A DNA stretch of 39,167 nucleotides from an uncultured Bacilli bacterium (GCA_947623975.1 CANQHY010000001.1:1-39167), one strand, 5' to 3'. Positions 28,511 to 36,719 are shown, counted from the stretch's first letter. Notes: generated by a model not told the origin, from the letters alone. Numbers and translations: made by a program.

Positions 28511-29833
28511 ATGATAAGATATGTTAAACTAGTTAATTATAAGTCACTTGTTAATTTGCATGTTGATTTTATGAAAACTAAAACAAAATCTAAAAATCTA
28601 GTACTTATATATGGTGAAAATGGAATAGGAAAATCTAATTTTGCAAATTCATTTTATACTCTTAATGAAACAATGAGAACATTATCTTCTATTGAAATGC
28701 TTAAAAAAATAATTGAAAAAAAAGAAGATAAATCTAATCAATATGAGGATTTTATTGAAAAATATGCAAAACATAGTTTTAAAGATATTAAAACGATTAT
28801 AGATGATTGCAAAACAATTGATTCAAAAGATAATATGATAATGGAATATGGATTCATTTGTAATAAGAAAAAAGGAATTTATCGTATTGAAATGAATAAC
28901 GAGGAAATTGTTGCTGAAAGACTAGAATATGTTATTAGTAAAAATCAAACATATTTTTTTGACATAGATAAAAGAAATGTTAAAATTAATAATAATATTT
29001 TTACCGATAAAAGTTATTATAACGAATTTATTGAATTGATTGATAAATATTGGGGTAAACATTCTTTCCTTTCAATTTTGTCATACGAAATTGAGGACAA
29101 AAAAAGAGAATATATGAATAAAAAAATATCCAAAAATTTGTTTGATGTATTGTTATATTTGAAAATGATATGTACAAAAATAAAAGGTGGTAATCATAGC
29201 GAGTTTGGTATAATTGGAACTAAACATAATTTAATTGATGATCTTGAAGAAGGTAAGATTCTTGTAAAATATGAAAAAGAACTTAATAAAAATGAATATC
29301 TAATAAATGAAATATTTACTAACTTGTATTCCGATATAAAGAATGTTTATTATAAGAAAATAAATGAAGATAATTACATAAAATATAAACTTTTTTGTAA
29401 AAAAACTATTTATGGCAAAACAATGGATGTAGATTTTTCTCTTGAATCTACAGGAACACAAAATATTTTAACGCTAATACCATATTTAATATCTGCATGT
29501 GAGGGACAGACAGTAATAATTGATGAACTAGATACTGGAATACATGACATACTTGTAAAAAACTTGTTAGAGTGTATTTCAAAATATGTTAAAGGGCAAC
29601 TGATTATTACTACTCATAATACAATGCTAATAGATTCATCAATACCACATGATAATATTTATATTTTTAATGCTAATAGTAAATCCGAAAAAGAACTAAT
29701 TGCAATAACTAATTTTGAAGGAAGAATTCATAAGAATAATAGTCCAAGAAGAAAATATCTTAATGGCGTTTATGGTGGAATTCCTATGCCTGCAGATATA
29801 GATTTTGAGGAATTAATTGAAAATCTAAAATAG
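28511..29833 (+). CDS. AAA_21/AAA_15-type (RecF/SMC-like ABC) ATPase, predicted defence-system component
   Basis: RBS AAAGGAAG. N-terminus IRYVKLVNYKSL. Walker A GENGIGKSN (from 28613). About 290-aa helical insert. Signature-like ESTGTQ, Walker B VIIDELDTGIH, QLIITTHN, and C-terminal YLNGVYGGIPMP. Confidence 0.85.
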   Translation: MIRYVKLVNYKSLVNLHVDFMKTKTKSKNLVLIYGENGIGKSNFANSFYTLNETMRTLSSIEMLKKIIEKKEDKSNQYEDFIEKYAKHSFKDIKTIIDDCKTIDSKDNMIMEYGFICNKKKGIYRIEMNNEEIVAERLEYVISKNQTYFFDIDKRNVKINNNIFTDKSYYNEFIELIDKYWGKHSFLSILSYEIEDKKREYMNKKISKNLFDVLLYLKMICTKIKGGNHSEFGIIGTKHNLIDDLEEGKILVKYEKELNKNEYLINEIFTNLYSDIKNVYYKKINEDNYIKYKLFCKKTIYGKTMDVDFSLESTGTQNILTLIPYLISACEGQTVIIDELDTGIHDILVKNLLECISKYVKGQLIITTHNTMLIDSSIPHDNIYIFNANSKSEKELIAITNFEGRIHKNNSPRRKYLNGVYGGIPMPADIDFEELIENLK

Positions 29834-29848
29834 AGGAAATAAAATTTA

Positions 29849-30436
29849 ATGAAGCAGTTAAATTATACAAAAGCTGTTGTAATTGTTCATGGTAAATCGG
29901 AGATGCAAATTTGTCAATATATTAAGAATAAACTCAGATTAAAAATGGAAATATATAGTGACAAAAATGGTGAAAAGGCTATACAAATAACTAGTTTAAA
30001 AAACACACTGAATAATAAGATATTTAAATCGTTTAAAAATTTTATTAAAACTTACGAAGATATAAAATTAACTGATGATGGAAAGTCTATAGATGCCAAT
30101 TTTAAAATATTTATAATTATGGATACTGATGACTGTAGCGAAAAACAAAAAAAAGATTTTATTAGTTGTGAAATGTTTAAAGAACATTGGGCTTATAAGT
30201 ATATAGTGCCTATATATAATATCCCTGAATTAGAGTCGGTATTAGAAATGGCAAATATTCCCTTTAAAAAATTAGGAGATAAAAGAAAAGCGGAATATGT
30301 AAAAATATTTCCAACTGATCCAAAATATAAAAAGTCTGATGAAATTCAAATTCAAGAATTACTTAATAAATTAAAAAAGCAACAAAATACTAATTTAAAT
30401 GAATTTTTAGAATTTTGCTTAAAATCCGTTCTTTAG
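29849..30436 (+). CDS. Small Toprim-clan protein (RloB/DUF4276-like), predicted effector partner of the ATPase
   Basis: Starts 15 nt after the ATPase stop. VVIVHGKSEMQICQYIKNKL (the EG-x-x-E-type segment, with His in place of the first Glu), IFIIMDTDD (DTDD at 30122-30133) and YNIPELESVL (compare the SNPcFElWll segment of RloB). Confidence 0.6.
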   Translation: MKQLNYTKAVVIVHGKSEMQICQYIKNKLRLKMEIYSDKNGEKAIQITSLKNTLNNKIFKSFKNFIKTYEDIKLTDDGKSIDANFKIFIIMDTDDCSEKQKKDFISCEMFKEHWAYKYIVPIYNIPELESVLEMANIPFKKLGDKRKAEYVKIFPTDPKYKKSDEIQIQELLNKLKKQQNTNLNEFLEFCLKSVL

Positions 30437-30450
30437 CGGATTTTTTTATT
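30421..30450 (+). terminator. Rho-independent terminator of the two-gene module
   Basis: AAAATCCG (30421-30428) pairs with CGGATTTT (30437-30444) with an 8-nt loop. The T-run continues. The stop codon lies in the loop. Confidence 0.7.
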
Positions 30451-30496
30451 ATGATTTATACAGCTTAAAAAATAAACAGAAAAAAATATAAAATAC

Positions 30497-30525
30497 TTTA
30501 ATTTTTGGCTATTTTGTAGTATAAT
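30497..30525 (+). promoter_or_regulatory. Promoter candidate for the kinase / nucleotidyltransferase genes
   Basis: TTTAAT (30497-30502), a 17-nt spacer, then TATAAT (30520-30525). It lies 30 nt before the ATG at 30555. Confidence 0.45.
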
Positions 30526-30554
30526 ATGAGCACTTATGAATTTAGGGGTGTTTT

Positions 30555-31793
30555 ATGAACGATGAAACTATAAAAAGTAAATTGGCAAATAAGCTAGAAA
30601 GTATTTATCCTGATATCGATAGTGATTATATACTTTATTCTTTTTGCCCATATCGAGTTTGTCCTGTTGGTGCACATATTGATCACCAAAAAGGGAATGT
30701 AACTGGTTTTGCCATTAACTATGGTATCACAATGGCTTTCGTTCCTAGTGGTAATCGTATGTTTGAAGCAACCAGTTTAAATTTCGATGGCTTAAAAGGT
30801 GAAAATATTTTAGACATTTCTGAAAAGAAAAACGATTGGGCGGATTATTTAAGAGGGGCAGCTAAAATATTACGTGATAAATATGGTATTGAAAAAGGTT
30901 TATACTGCGTAATAGATGGTAGTCTACCAATTGGAGGAATCTCCTCTTCAGCCGCTGTTATTATTGCCTTTGCAAAAGCATTATGTATGGTAAATGGATT
31001 ACAATTATCTAGTGATGAAATAATTAATTTAGTACAAGAAGTAGAAAACAAATATATAGGTGTTAATAGTGGTAAGCTGGATCAATCATGTGAAGTTTTA
31101 TCCAAAAAAGATAATCTATTATACTTAGATATTAGCACGGGAGAATATCAACTTATTCCTCAAAACCCAAATATGAAACCTTATAAAATAGCTATTGTAT
31201 TTAGTGGTATCAAAAGAACATTGGTTGGTAGTGCATACAACACTAGGGTAGATGAATTAAAATCGGCTGCTTATTCTCTAAAAGCCTTTTCTGGTATGAA
31301 TTATGGAAAGTATAACGATACTGTTTTAAGGGACGTTCCCTATGATGTATACAAAGAGTTCGGTAGCAGATTGCCAGAACAATTTAGAAAGCGTGCTGAG
31401 CATTATTATTCGGAAATGGATCGCGTAAAACGTGGAGTAGAAGCATGGAAAAATGGTGATATAGAAGAATTAGGACGAATTTCTTTTGAAAGTGGAGATA
31501 GTAGTATTGAAAACTATGAGGCTGGTTCACCGGAATTAAAAAAGATTCATGAAATAATGAAAGAAACTGACGGTATCTATGGTGGAAGGTTTAGTGGGGC
31601 AGGATTTAAAGGATGCTGTCTAGCTTTTGTAGATCCTAGTCTAGAGTCTGAAATTACTCAAAATATTACTCAAAAATATTTAGAAAAATTCCCACAATAC
31701 AAAGATTCTTTTGGAATATATTATTGTGATACTGCCGATGGTTGTGACTTTGACTTAGAAAAACCAAAAGCTAAAAAGATGATTAGGAGGTAG
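30555..31793 (+). CDS. GHMP-family sugar-1-kinase (galactokinase-like; possibly uronic-acid kinase)
   Basis: RBS AGGGGTG. YRVCPVGAHIDHQKGNV replaces the GalK GEHxDY signature. GHMP motif II: LPIGGISSSAAVIIAFAKAL. C-terminal GGRFSGAGFKGC. Confidence 0.75.
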   Translation: MNDETIKSKLANKLESIYPDIDSDYILYSFCPYRVCPVGAHIDHQKGNVTGFAINYGITMAFVPSGNRMFEATSLNFDGLKGENILDISEKKNDWADYLRGAAKILRDKYGIEKGLYCVIDGSLPIGGISSSAAVIIAFAKALCMVNGLQLSSDEIINLVQEVENKYIGVNSGKLDQSCEVLSKKDNLLYLDISTGEYQLIPQNPNMKPYKIAIVFSGIKRTLVGSAYNTRVDELKSAAYSLKAFSGMNYGKYNDTVLRDVPYDVYKEFGSRLPEQFRKRAEHYYSEMDRVKRGVEAWKNGDIEELGRISFESGDSSIENYEAGSPELKKIHEIMKETDGIYGGRFSGAGFKGCCLAFVDPSLESEITQNITQKYLEKFPQYKDSFGIYYCDTADGCDFDLEKPKAKKMIRR

Positions 31794-31797
31794 TAAT

Positions 31798-32568
31798 ATG
31801 AAATGTGTGATATTAGCTGCCGGATATGCGACTAGATTGTATCCTTTAACAGAAAATTTTCCTAAGCCTTTATTGGAAATTAATGGAAAAACTATTTTAG
31901 ATTGGTTAGTAGATGACATAGATACATCCCCATATATTGATGAATATATTGTCGTTTCTAATCATAAATTTATAAATTATTTTGAAGAATGGAAAAATAG
32001 TAAAAACACCTCAAAAAAAATAACAGTAATAGATGATGGTACAGTTAGTAATGATAACAGATTAGGTGCTGTTAGTGATATTAATTTAGCTATTTCTACA
32101 TTGGATTTGAATGATGATGTGTTAGTAGTAGCAGGCGATAATGTTTTAGATTTTTCATTAAACAGTTTTATTGATTATTTTCATGAGAAAAAAGATACTT
32201 GTATTATGAGATATTATGAAGCTGACAAAGAAAAAATTAAAAAAAGTGCTTCTGTTAATTTTGATGCCAATGATTTAGTTTTAGAAATGGTTGAGAAGCC
32301 TAATAATCCAAATTCAAATTGGTGTGTTCCTCCATTTTATATATATAGTAGAGATGATGTATCTAAAGTAGGTCTAGCCCTTAAGAACGGGTGTAATAAA
32401 GATGCTCCAGGTTCATTTATAAATTGGTTATACGATAAAAGTAATGTTTATGCTATGGAAATGCCTGGAAGAAGATATGATATCGGTAACTTTGATAGTT
32501 ACAATGAAGTTAATAAAACTTACACTGGCATATCTACTGACAAAAAAATAAAAAAGATTTTACACTAG
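31798..32568 (+). CDS. Sugar-1-phosphate nucleotidylyltransferase
   Basis: MKCVILAAGYATRLYPLTENFPKPLLEINGKTILDWL is the classic G-x-G-T-R-L-type N-terminus. Starts 4 nt after the kinase stop. Confidence 0.85.
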   Translation: MKCVILAAGYATRLYPLTENFPKPLLEINGKTILDWLVDDIDTSPYIDEYIVVSNHKFINYFEEWKNSKNTSKKITVIDDGTVSNDNRLGAVSDINLAISTLDLNDDVLVVAGDNVLDFSLNSFIDYFHEKKDTCIMRYYEADKEKIKKSASVNFDANDLVLEMVEKPNNPNSNWCVPPFYIYSRDDVSKVGLALKNGCNKDAPGSFINWLYDKSNVYAMEMPGRRYDIGNFDSYNEVNKTYTGISTDKKIKKILH

Positions 32569-32646
32569 CAATTAAATGTTTTTTGTATTGTAATTGCATT
32601 TTGCTATATTGTGTAATAAAATAAAAAAAGCAAAGGAGAGATTATT

Positions 32647-33816
32647 TTGAAAATCGCAGTAGCAGGAACAGGTTATGTAGGATTATCTTTAGCTACATTA
32701 CTTAGTCAAAAACATGAGGTAGTAGCATTAGATGTTATACCTGAAAAAGTAGATAAAATTAATAATAGAATTAGTCCAATAAAAGATGAATATATTGAAA
32801 AATTCTTTGCTGAAAAAGAATTGAATTTAAAAGCAACTCTTGATTACAAAGAAGCCTTTACAGGAGCAAGATTTGTAATTATCAGTACTCCAACAAACTA
32901 TGATGATAAAACTAATTTCTTTGATACATCTTTAGTAGAAGATATTATCAAAAAAGTTATTGAAATTGGAGATCCTAATACGATAATGGTTGTTAAGTCA
33001 ACTATACCAGTTGGCTTTGTTAATAGTATGAAAAAGAAATATGGAATAGATAATATTTTCTTTAGTCCAGAATTTTTAAGAGAAGGAAAAGCTTTATATG
33101 ATAATTTATTTCCATCAAGAATTATTGTTGGAGAAAAATCCAAAAGAGCTGAAGAGTTTGCATTCTTATTAAGTGATTGTGCTGTTAAAGAAGATATTGA
33201 AGTTAAGTATATGGATAATACTGAAGCTGAAGCAGTAAAACTATTTGCTAATACGTTCTTAGCATTAAGAGTTTCTTATTTTAATGAATTGGATACTTAT
33301 GCTGAGTTAAAAGGATTAAACACACAAGATATTATTGAAGGGGTTTGCTCAGATCCAAGAATTGGAAATTATTATAATAATCCATCATTTGGTTATGGAG
33401 GCTATTGTCTTCCAAAGGATACGAAACAATTACTTGCTAACTATAAAGATGTACCTCAAAATATGATTAAAGCAATCGTTGATGCTAACGATACTAGAAA
33501 GCAACATATTGCTGATATGGTTATTAGTAAAGGCCCAAATATTGTTGGTGTTTACAGATTAACAATGAAATCAGGATCTGATAACTTTAGAGCATCTGCT
33601 ATTCAAAGTGTTATGGCAAAGATAAAGGAAAGAGGAGTAGATGTTCAAATATACGAACCGACTATAAAGGATGATGCATTTGAAGGATACAGAGTTGAAC
33701 ATAACTTAGATACCTTCAAGAATACTTCTGATGTAATTATTGCTAATCGTTTTGATGAAGAAATAGCAGATGAAAAAGCAAAAATATATACGCGTGATAT
33801 TTTTAGAAATAATTAA
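32647..33816 (+). CDS. ugd: UDP-glucose 6-dehydrogenase
   Basis: TTG start 8 nt after [25 protein letters not shown]. Catalytic [10 protein letters not shown]. 389 aa. Confidence 0.9.
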   Translation: MKIAVAGTGYVGLSLATLLSQKHEVVALDVIPEKVDKINNRISPIKDEYIEKFFAEKELNLKATLDYKEAFTGARFVIISTPTNYDDKTNFFDTSLVEDIIKKVIEIGDPNTIMVVKSTIPVGFVNSMKKKYGIDNIFFSPEFLREGKALYDNLFPSRIIVGEKSKRAEEFAFLLSDCAVKEDIEVKYMDNTEAEAVKLFANTFLALRVSYFNELDTYAELKGLNTQDIIEGVCSDPRIGNYYNNPSFGYGGYCLPKDTKQLLANYKDVPQNMIKAIVDANDTRKQHIADMVISKGPNIVGVYRLTMKSGSDNFRASAIQSVMAKIKERGVDVQIYEPTIKDDAFEGYRVEHNLDTFKNTSDVIIANRFDEEIADEKAKIYTRDIFRNN

Positions 33817-33846
33817 TAATTGTTCATCTGGTAAAATGACAAAAAA

Positions 33847-33882
33847 AGAGTTGTAATGGAAAAGGTTACAACTCTTTATTTT
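33847..33882. terminator. Bidirectional terminator between convergent ugd and the KAP NTPase gene
   Basis: Perfect 10-bp stem AGAGTTGTAA (33847-33856) / TTACAACTCT (33866-33875). It is flanked by an A-run upstream and a T-rich tail downstream. Confidence 0.75.
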
Positions 33883-35173
33883 AGTCATTTAGTTTAATAT
33901 TTGTACCTAATAAAGATAGTATTTCGAAGAAAGGTATTTTTTGGTATGAATATTCCAAATTAAAAATCTCATGGTAAACATCTATTATTTTTTGGTTTAA
34001 ATTATTGCCTTTTATATTAAATAACTCTATAAGCCACTTTTCAAAATCTGTGCCGATTACTTCCTTTTCAAGAAAATCAACGATAATTTTTTCACCTTGA
34101 TTTGATGTTAATAGATTGTATTTATTGATATCTCTAATTTTTAAAGCTAGGGCTAATGGTATCAATATGCATTTATTAACATAATTATTTTCTTTATTAA
34201 AACTACTTTCATTTTCAAAATAATTTTCTAATAAATTATACAAAGTTATATATTTATTACATTCTCTTAAAGAAAAATTAAGATATTTCATTATTAAATA
34301 GCTAGTATCTTGGTATATTGATGATTCTTTACAATAATTGAACCTTTGTTGTAAATAACTTTTTATATCTTTAGTTTCCAAATTTATAGTAAAATCATAG
34401 AATTTGTCTAAGTATCCATAACTATCGAAATTGTTGCCATAAAAATTTTTAATCGTATTTGAAAGTTCAATATTGTTAGTTGACACTATGATCGTTATTT
34501 TTTCGTTGGTGTAGAAATGTTTTATTGTTTCTAACATTTCGACAGCAAAAGTAGGTCTGCAACGATCTAGTTCATCTATTATTAATATTAATCTTTTCTT
34601 TTCACCTAGAATTTCATTAATGAGTTTGTTAAATGCCGTCTTTACTTCTTCAATAGTTTTAATCTCTTCTGCTAAATCATCAAAGTTATTTAATTTATCT
34701 ATATTGTTAATGTCAAAATACTCAAAACTAGCTGAATATAGAAAATCTCTTAAAAATGATTTTAATACTTTACTGAAATCTTTAAAATTTGTTATTTGGT
34801 CTTTAATTTTTGGATAATCGTTTAAGATATTGTAGATTAATGATTTTAATGGATTAGTATGCATATCATTTTCCCAGGCATTGTAATAAACGATTAAATT
34901 TTCTCTATTTAATTTTCTAAATATTGGTTTGCTTTCATCGGTTATTATTTTATTATCCGTATAATCATCAATATTTTCAACTAAATATTTAAATTGTTTA
35001 ATAAAAAAGGATTTTCCAGAGCCCCATTTTCCATCGATTGAAATGGTTAGGTTTTCTTTAACAGTGGCTAATAGTTTTGCAAGCATTATCAATTGTGAAT
35101 TTCTTTTTAATATGTTTTCTTCGATAGTTTTTTTTAAATTTTCTTCGTTTAATTCAAGTTCAGTCTTTAACAT
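33881..35173 (-). CDS. KAP-family P-loop NTPase (short, soluble form)
   Basis: RBS GGAG lies 8 nt upstream. Walker A SIDGKWGSGKSFF (35009-35032). IVYYNAWEND. Walker B LILIIDELDRCRPTFAVEMLETIKHFY. YLDKFYDFTINL. No TM insertion. Confidence 0.85.
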   Translation of the reverse strand: MLKTELELNEENLKKTIEENILKRNSQLIMLAKLLATVKENLTISIDGKWGSGKSFFIKQFKYLVENIDDYTDNKIITDESKPIFRKLNRENLIVYYNAWENDMHTNPLKSLIYNILNDYPKIKDQITNFKDFSKVLKSFLRDFLYSASFEYFDINNIDKLNNFDDLAEEIKTIEEVKTAFNKLINEILGEKKRLILIIDELDRCRPTFAVEMLETIKHFYTNEKITIIVSTNNIELSNTIKNFYGNNFDSYGYLDKFYDFTINLETKDIKSYLQQRFNYCKESSIYQDTSYLIMKYLNFSLRECNKYITLYNLLENYFENESSFNKENNYVNKCILIPLALALKIRDINKYNLLTSNQGEKIIVDFLEKEVIGTDFEKWLIELFNIKGNNLNQKIIDVYHEIFNLEYSYQKIPFFEILSLLGTNIKLND

Positions 35174-35277
35174 TTTATCATCTCCAAATCATTATTTATT
35201 TTACTATAAATAATTATGAGTTGCTATATAATAAAATGGTAAAAATTGGTATTTTTCTTTGATTTAATATTAGAATT

Positions 35278-35301
35278 AAATGGTAATTTTTACCATTTTT
35301 T
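35278..35301 (+). terminator. Orphan terminator-like hairpin in the KAP/vanZ divergent intergenic region
   Basis: AAATGGTAA (35278-35286) pairs with TTACCATTT (35290-35298). The T-run continues to 35301. No upstream + strand gene is present. Confidence 0.35.
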
Positions 35302-35392
35302 GGATAGCGATGAAAAAAATAACAAAAGCTTTTACTAAAGAGCAGGTAGCATATAGTGATAGTGTTATAATCAAGATAGTAAAAAAATGCTG

Positions 35393-35417
35393 ATAATTTC
35401 CATATTTTGGAAATTAT
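35393..35417. promoter_or_regulatory. Perfect 10-bp inverted repeat (operator-like)
   Basis: ATAATTTCCA-TATTT-TGGAAATTAT. About 155 nt upstream of the vanZ-like start and about 220 nt upstream of the KAP start. Confidence 0.4.
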
Positions 35418-35570
35418 GATAATACGGATAGATATGGGATACTTTAATATTCTCTTATTGATGGTTATTATGGACAAATATTAATGCAAAGACTATAATT
35501 AATAACAATGAATAAAATTAATGAAAAAAGTATAAAGTTTAAAATGTTATTTAAAAATGGGGGAGATAAT

Positions 35571-36071
35571 ATGAAATGGAAAATTGTTATTTCTTGGCTT
35601 TTGGTATTTCTATGGATGGGTGCAATTTTTTGGCTATCAGGAATGGATTCTACAGAGTCGGGGAGTAAAAGTAAAGGTGCAATTAGTAAAGTAATCGAAG
35701 GGTCTGTTGATGTATCAAATAAATTGGGAATTACTGATAAGCATCCAAGTGATGAAAAAATAGAATCGGTAACTAAAGTATTAAATTCACCACTTCGCAA
35801 GTGTATGCATGCTAGTGTTTATTTAGTGCTAGCTATTCTAGTGGCAAATGCTTTATTAATAGGAAAGACCAAATTAAAATATGCTTTAATATTTTCTTTT
35901 TTAATTAGTTTTTTATATGCCTGTAGTGATGAGATACATCAGTTATTTGTCCCTGGAAGATCGGGTGAATTATTTGATGTTTTTATTGATACTTGCGGTG
36001 CTAGTCTAGGAATCATCATCTTTTACCTTTTTTATAGATTATACCTAAAGAAAAAAAGACAAAGTGCCTAA
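35571..36071 (+). CDS. VanZ-like family membrane protein
   Basis: The tracked ORF opens at 35508, but GGGGGAG precedes ATG 35571 (MKWKIVISWLLVFLWMGAIFWLSG). Motif CSDEIHQLFVPGRSGELFDVFIDTCGASLG. Confidence 0.8.
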   Translation: MKWKIVISWLLVFLWMGAIFWLSGMDSTESGSKSKGAISKVIEGSVDVSNKLGITDKHPSDEKIESVTKVLNSPLRKCMHASVYLVLAILVANALLIGKTKLKYALIFSFLISFLYACSDEIHQLFVPGRSGELFDVFIDTCGASLGIIIFYLFYRLYLKKKRQSA

Positions 36072-36104
36072 TTATACATTTATTTTGTCGCAATTTAGTT
36101 AATT

Positions 36105-36133
36105 TTGACAAGTTTTGTCGGGTTAGCATAAAT
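36105..36133 (+). promoter_or_regulatory. Promoter candidate for the sortase operon
   Basis: TTGACA (36105-36110), a 17-nt spacer, then ATAAAT (36128-36133). Confidence 0.45.
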
Positions 36134-36188
36134 GTGTTGCATCTCAAACATAATAATAGTAAAATAATAAATGAAAGAGGGAATGAAA

Positions 36189-36719
36189 ATGAAAAAGATT
36201 GTTTACGTAGTATTAGCAGCCGCTATGTTATTTACAACAACAAGTGTTAGTGCTATGACCGAATCTGAGTTAGCAGAAAAACTAACAAAGACTTATGAGA
36301 TTAATGGTGTTATGTTCAGTGCTACAAATGCTCAGAAAGTAGAAATCGAAAGATATTTTAGAGAAAATGAAGTTCCAGAAGCTGACTTAGATTTTATCTC
36401 TAAAAAATTTGATGAAGCTTTAGCTATAATCGAAAAAGGTGATGCTACTAGCATTGAAGAGTTAACTAGTTCTGAAAAAGATCAAATCGTAGCACTATTT
36501 AACGAAGTATCAGAAAAGACAAAGGTAAGAATAACTCTTGAAAATGGCAAAATTAATGTCTACGGAGTTAACGGTGGTGATAAACCATTTACAGTAGTTA
36601 CCGATGAAATCGTAAGATATACTGATGGTACTAATTATTTAATAGCACTTGCTGGTGCAATTTCACTTGTTGGCGTAGCGGCAATTGTTTTAAAAGTTAA
36701 AAGAGCAAATGCTAAATAA
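36189..36719 (+). CDS. Secreted protein with C-terminal hydrophobic anchor and basic tail (candidate sortase substrate, non-canonical motif)
   Basis: AGAGGG RBS, then ATG 36189 (the tracked ORF starts at 36171). Signal peptide KKIVYVVLAAAMLFTTTSVSA. C-terminus RYTDGTNYLIALAGAISLVGVAAIVLKVKRANAK. Overlaps the sortase gene by 11 nt. Confidence 0.65.
   Translation: MKKIVYVVLAAAMLFTTTSVSAMTESELAEKLTKTYEINGVMFSATNAQKVEIERYFRENEVPEADLDFISKKFDEALAIIEKGDATSIEELTSSEKDQIVALFNEVSEKTKVRITLENGKINVYGVNGGDKPFTVVTDEIVRYTDGTNYLIALAGAISLVGVAAIVLKVKRANAK

Noticed and set aside
28364-30452. 13-nt direct repeat ATTTTTTTATTAT at 28364-28376 and 30440-30452 flanking the ATPase/Toprim module (possible target-site duplication)
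   Set aside because: Both copies are simply the T-tails of terminator hairpins in a very AT-rich genome. No inverted repeats or recombinase gene accompany them, so there is no basis for calling a mobile-element boundary.
14702-34817. Other short internal or antisense ORFs in the track (14702-14911, 15710-15976, 18674-19000, 19800-20093, 21175-21600, 22096-22347, 22853-23116, 25578-25835, 26889-27089, 30845-31051, 32898-33143, 33706-33888, 34620-34817)
   Set aside because: Each is nested opposite or out of frame within a gene that has strong family motifs. None has independent coding evidence.
35214-35800. ORFs 35214-35477 (-) and 35468-35800 (-)
   Set aside because: The first lies in AT-rich intergenic DNA and has an implausible product. 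The second is antisense to the vanZ-like gene. Neither has a Shine-Dalgarno sequence.
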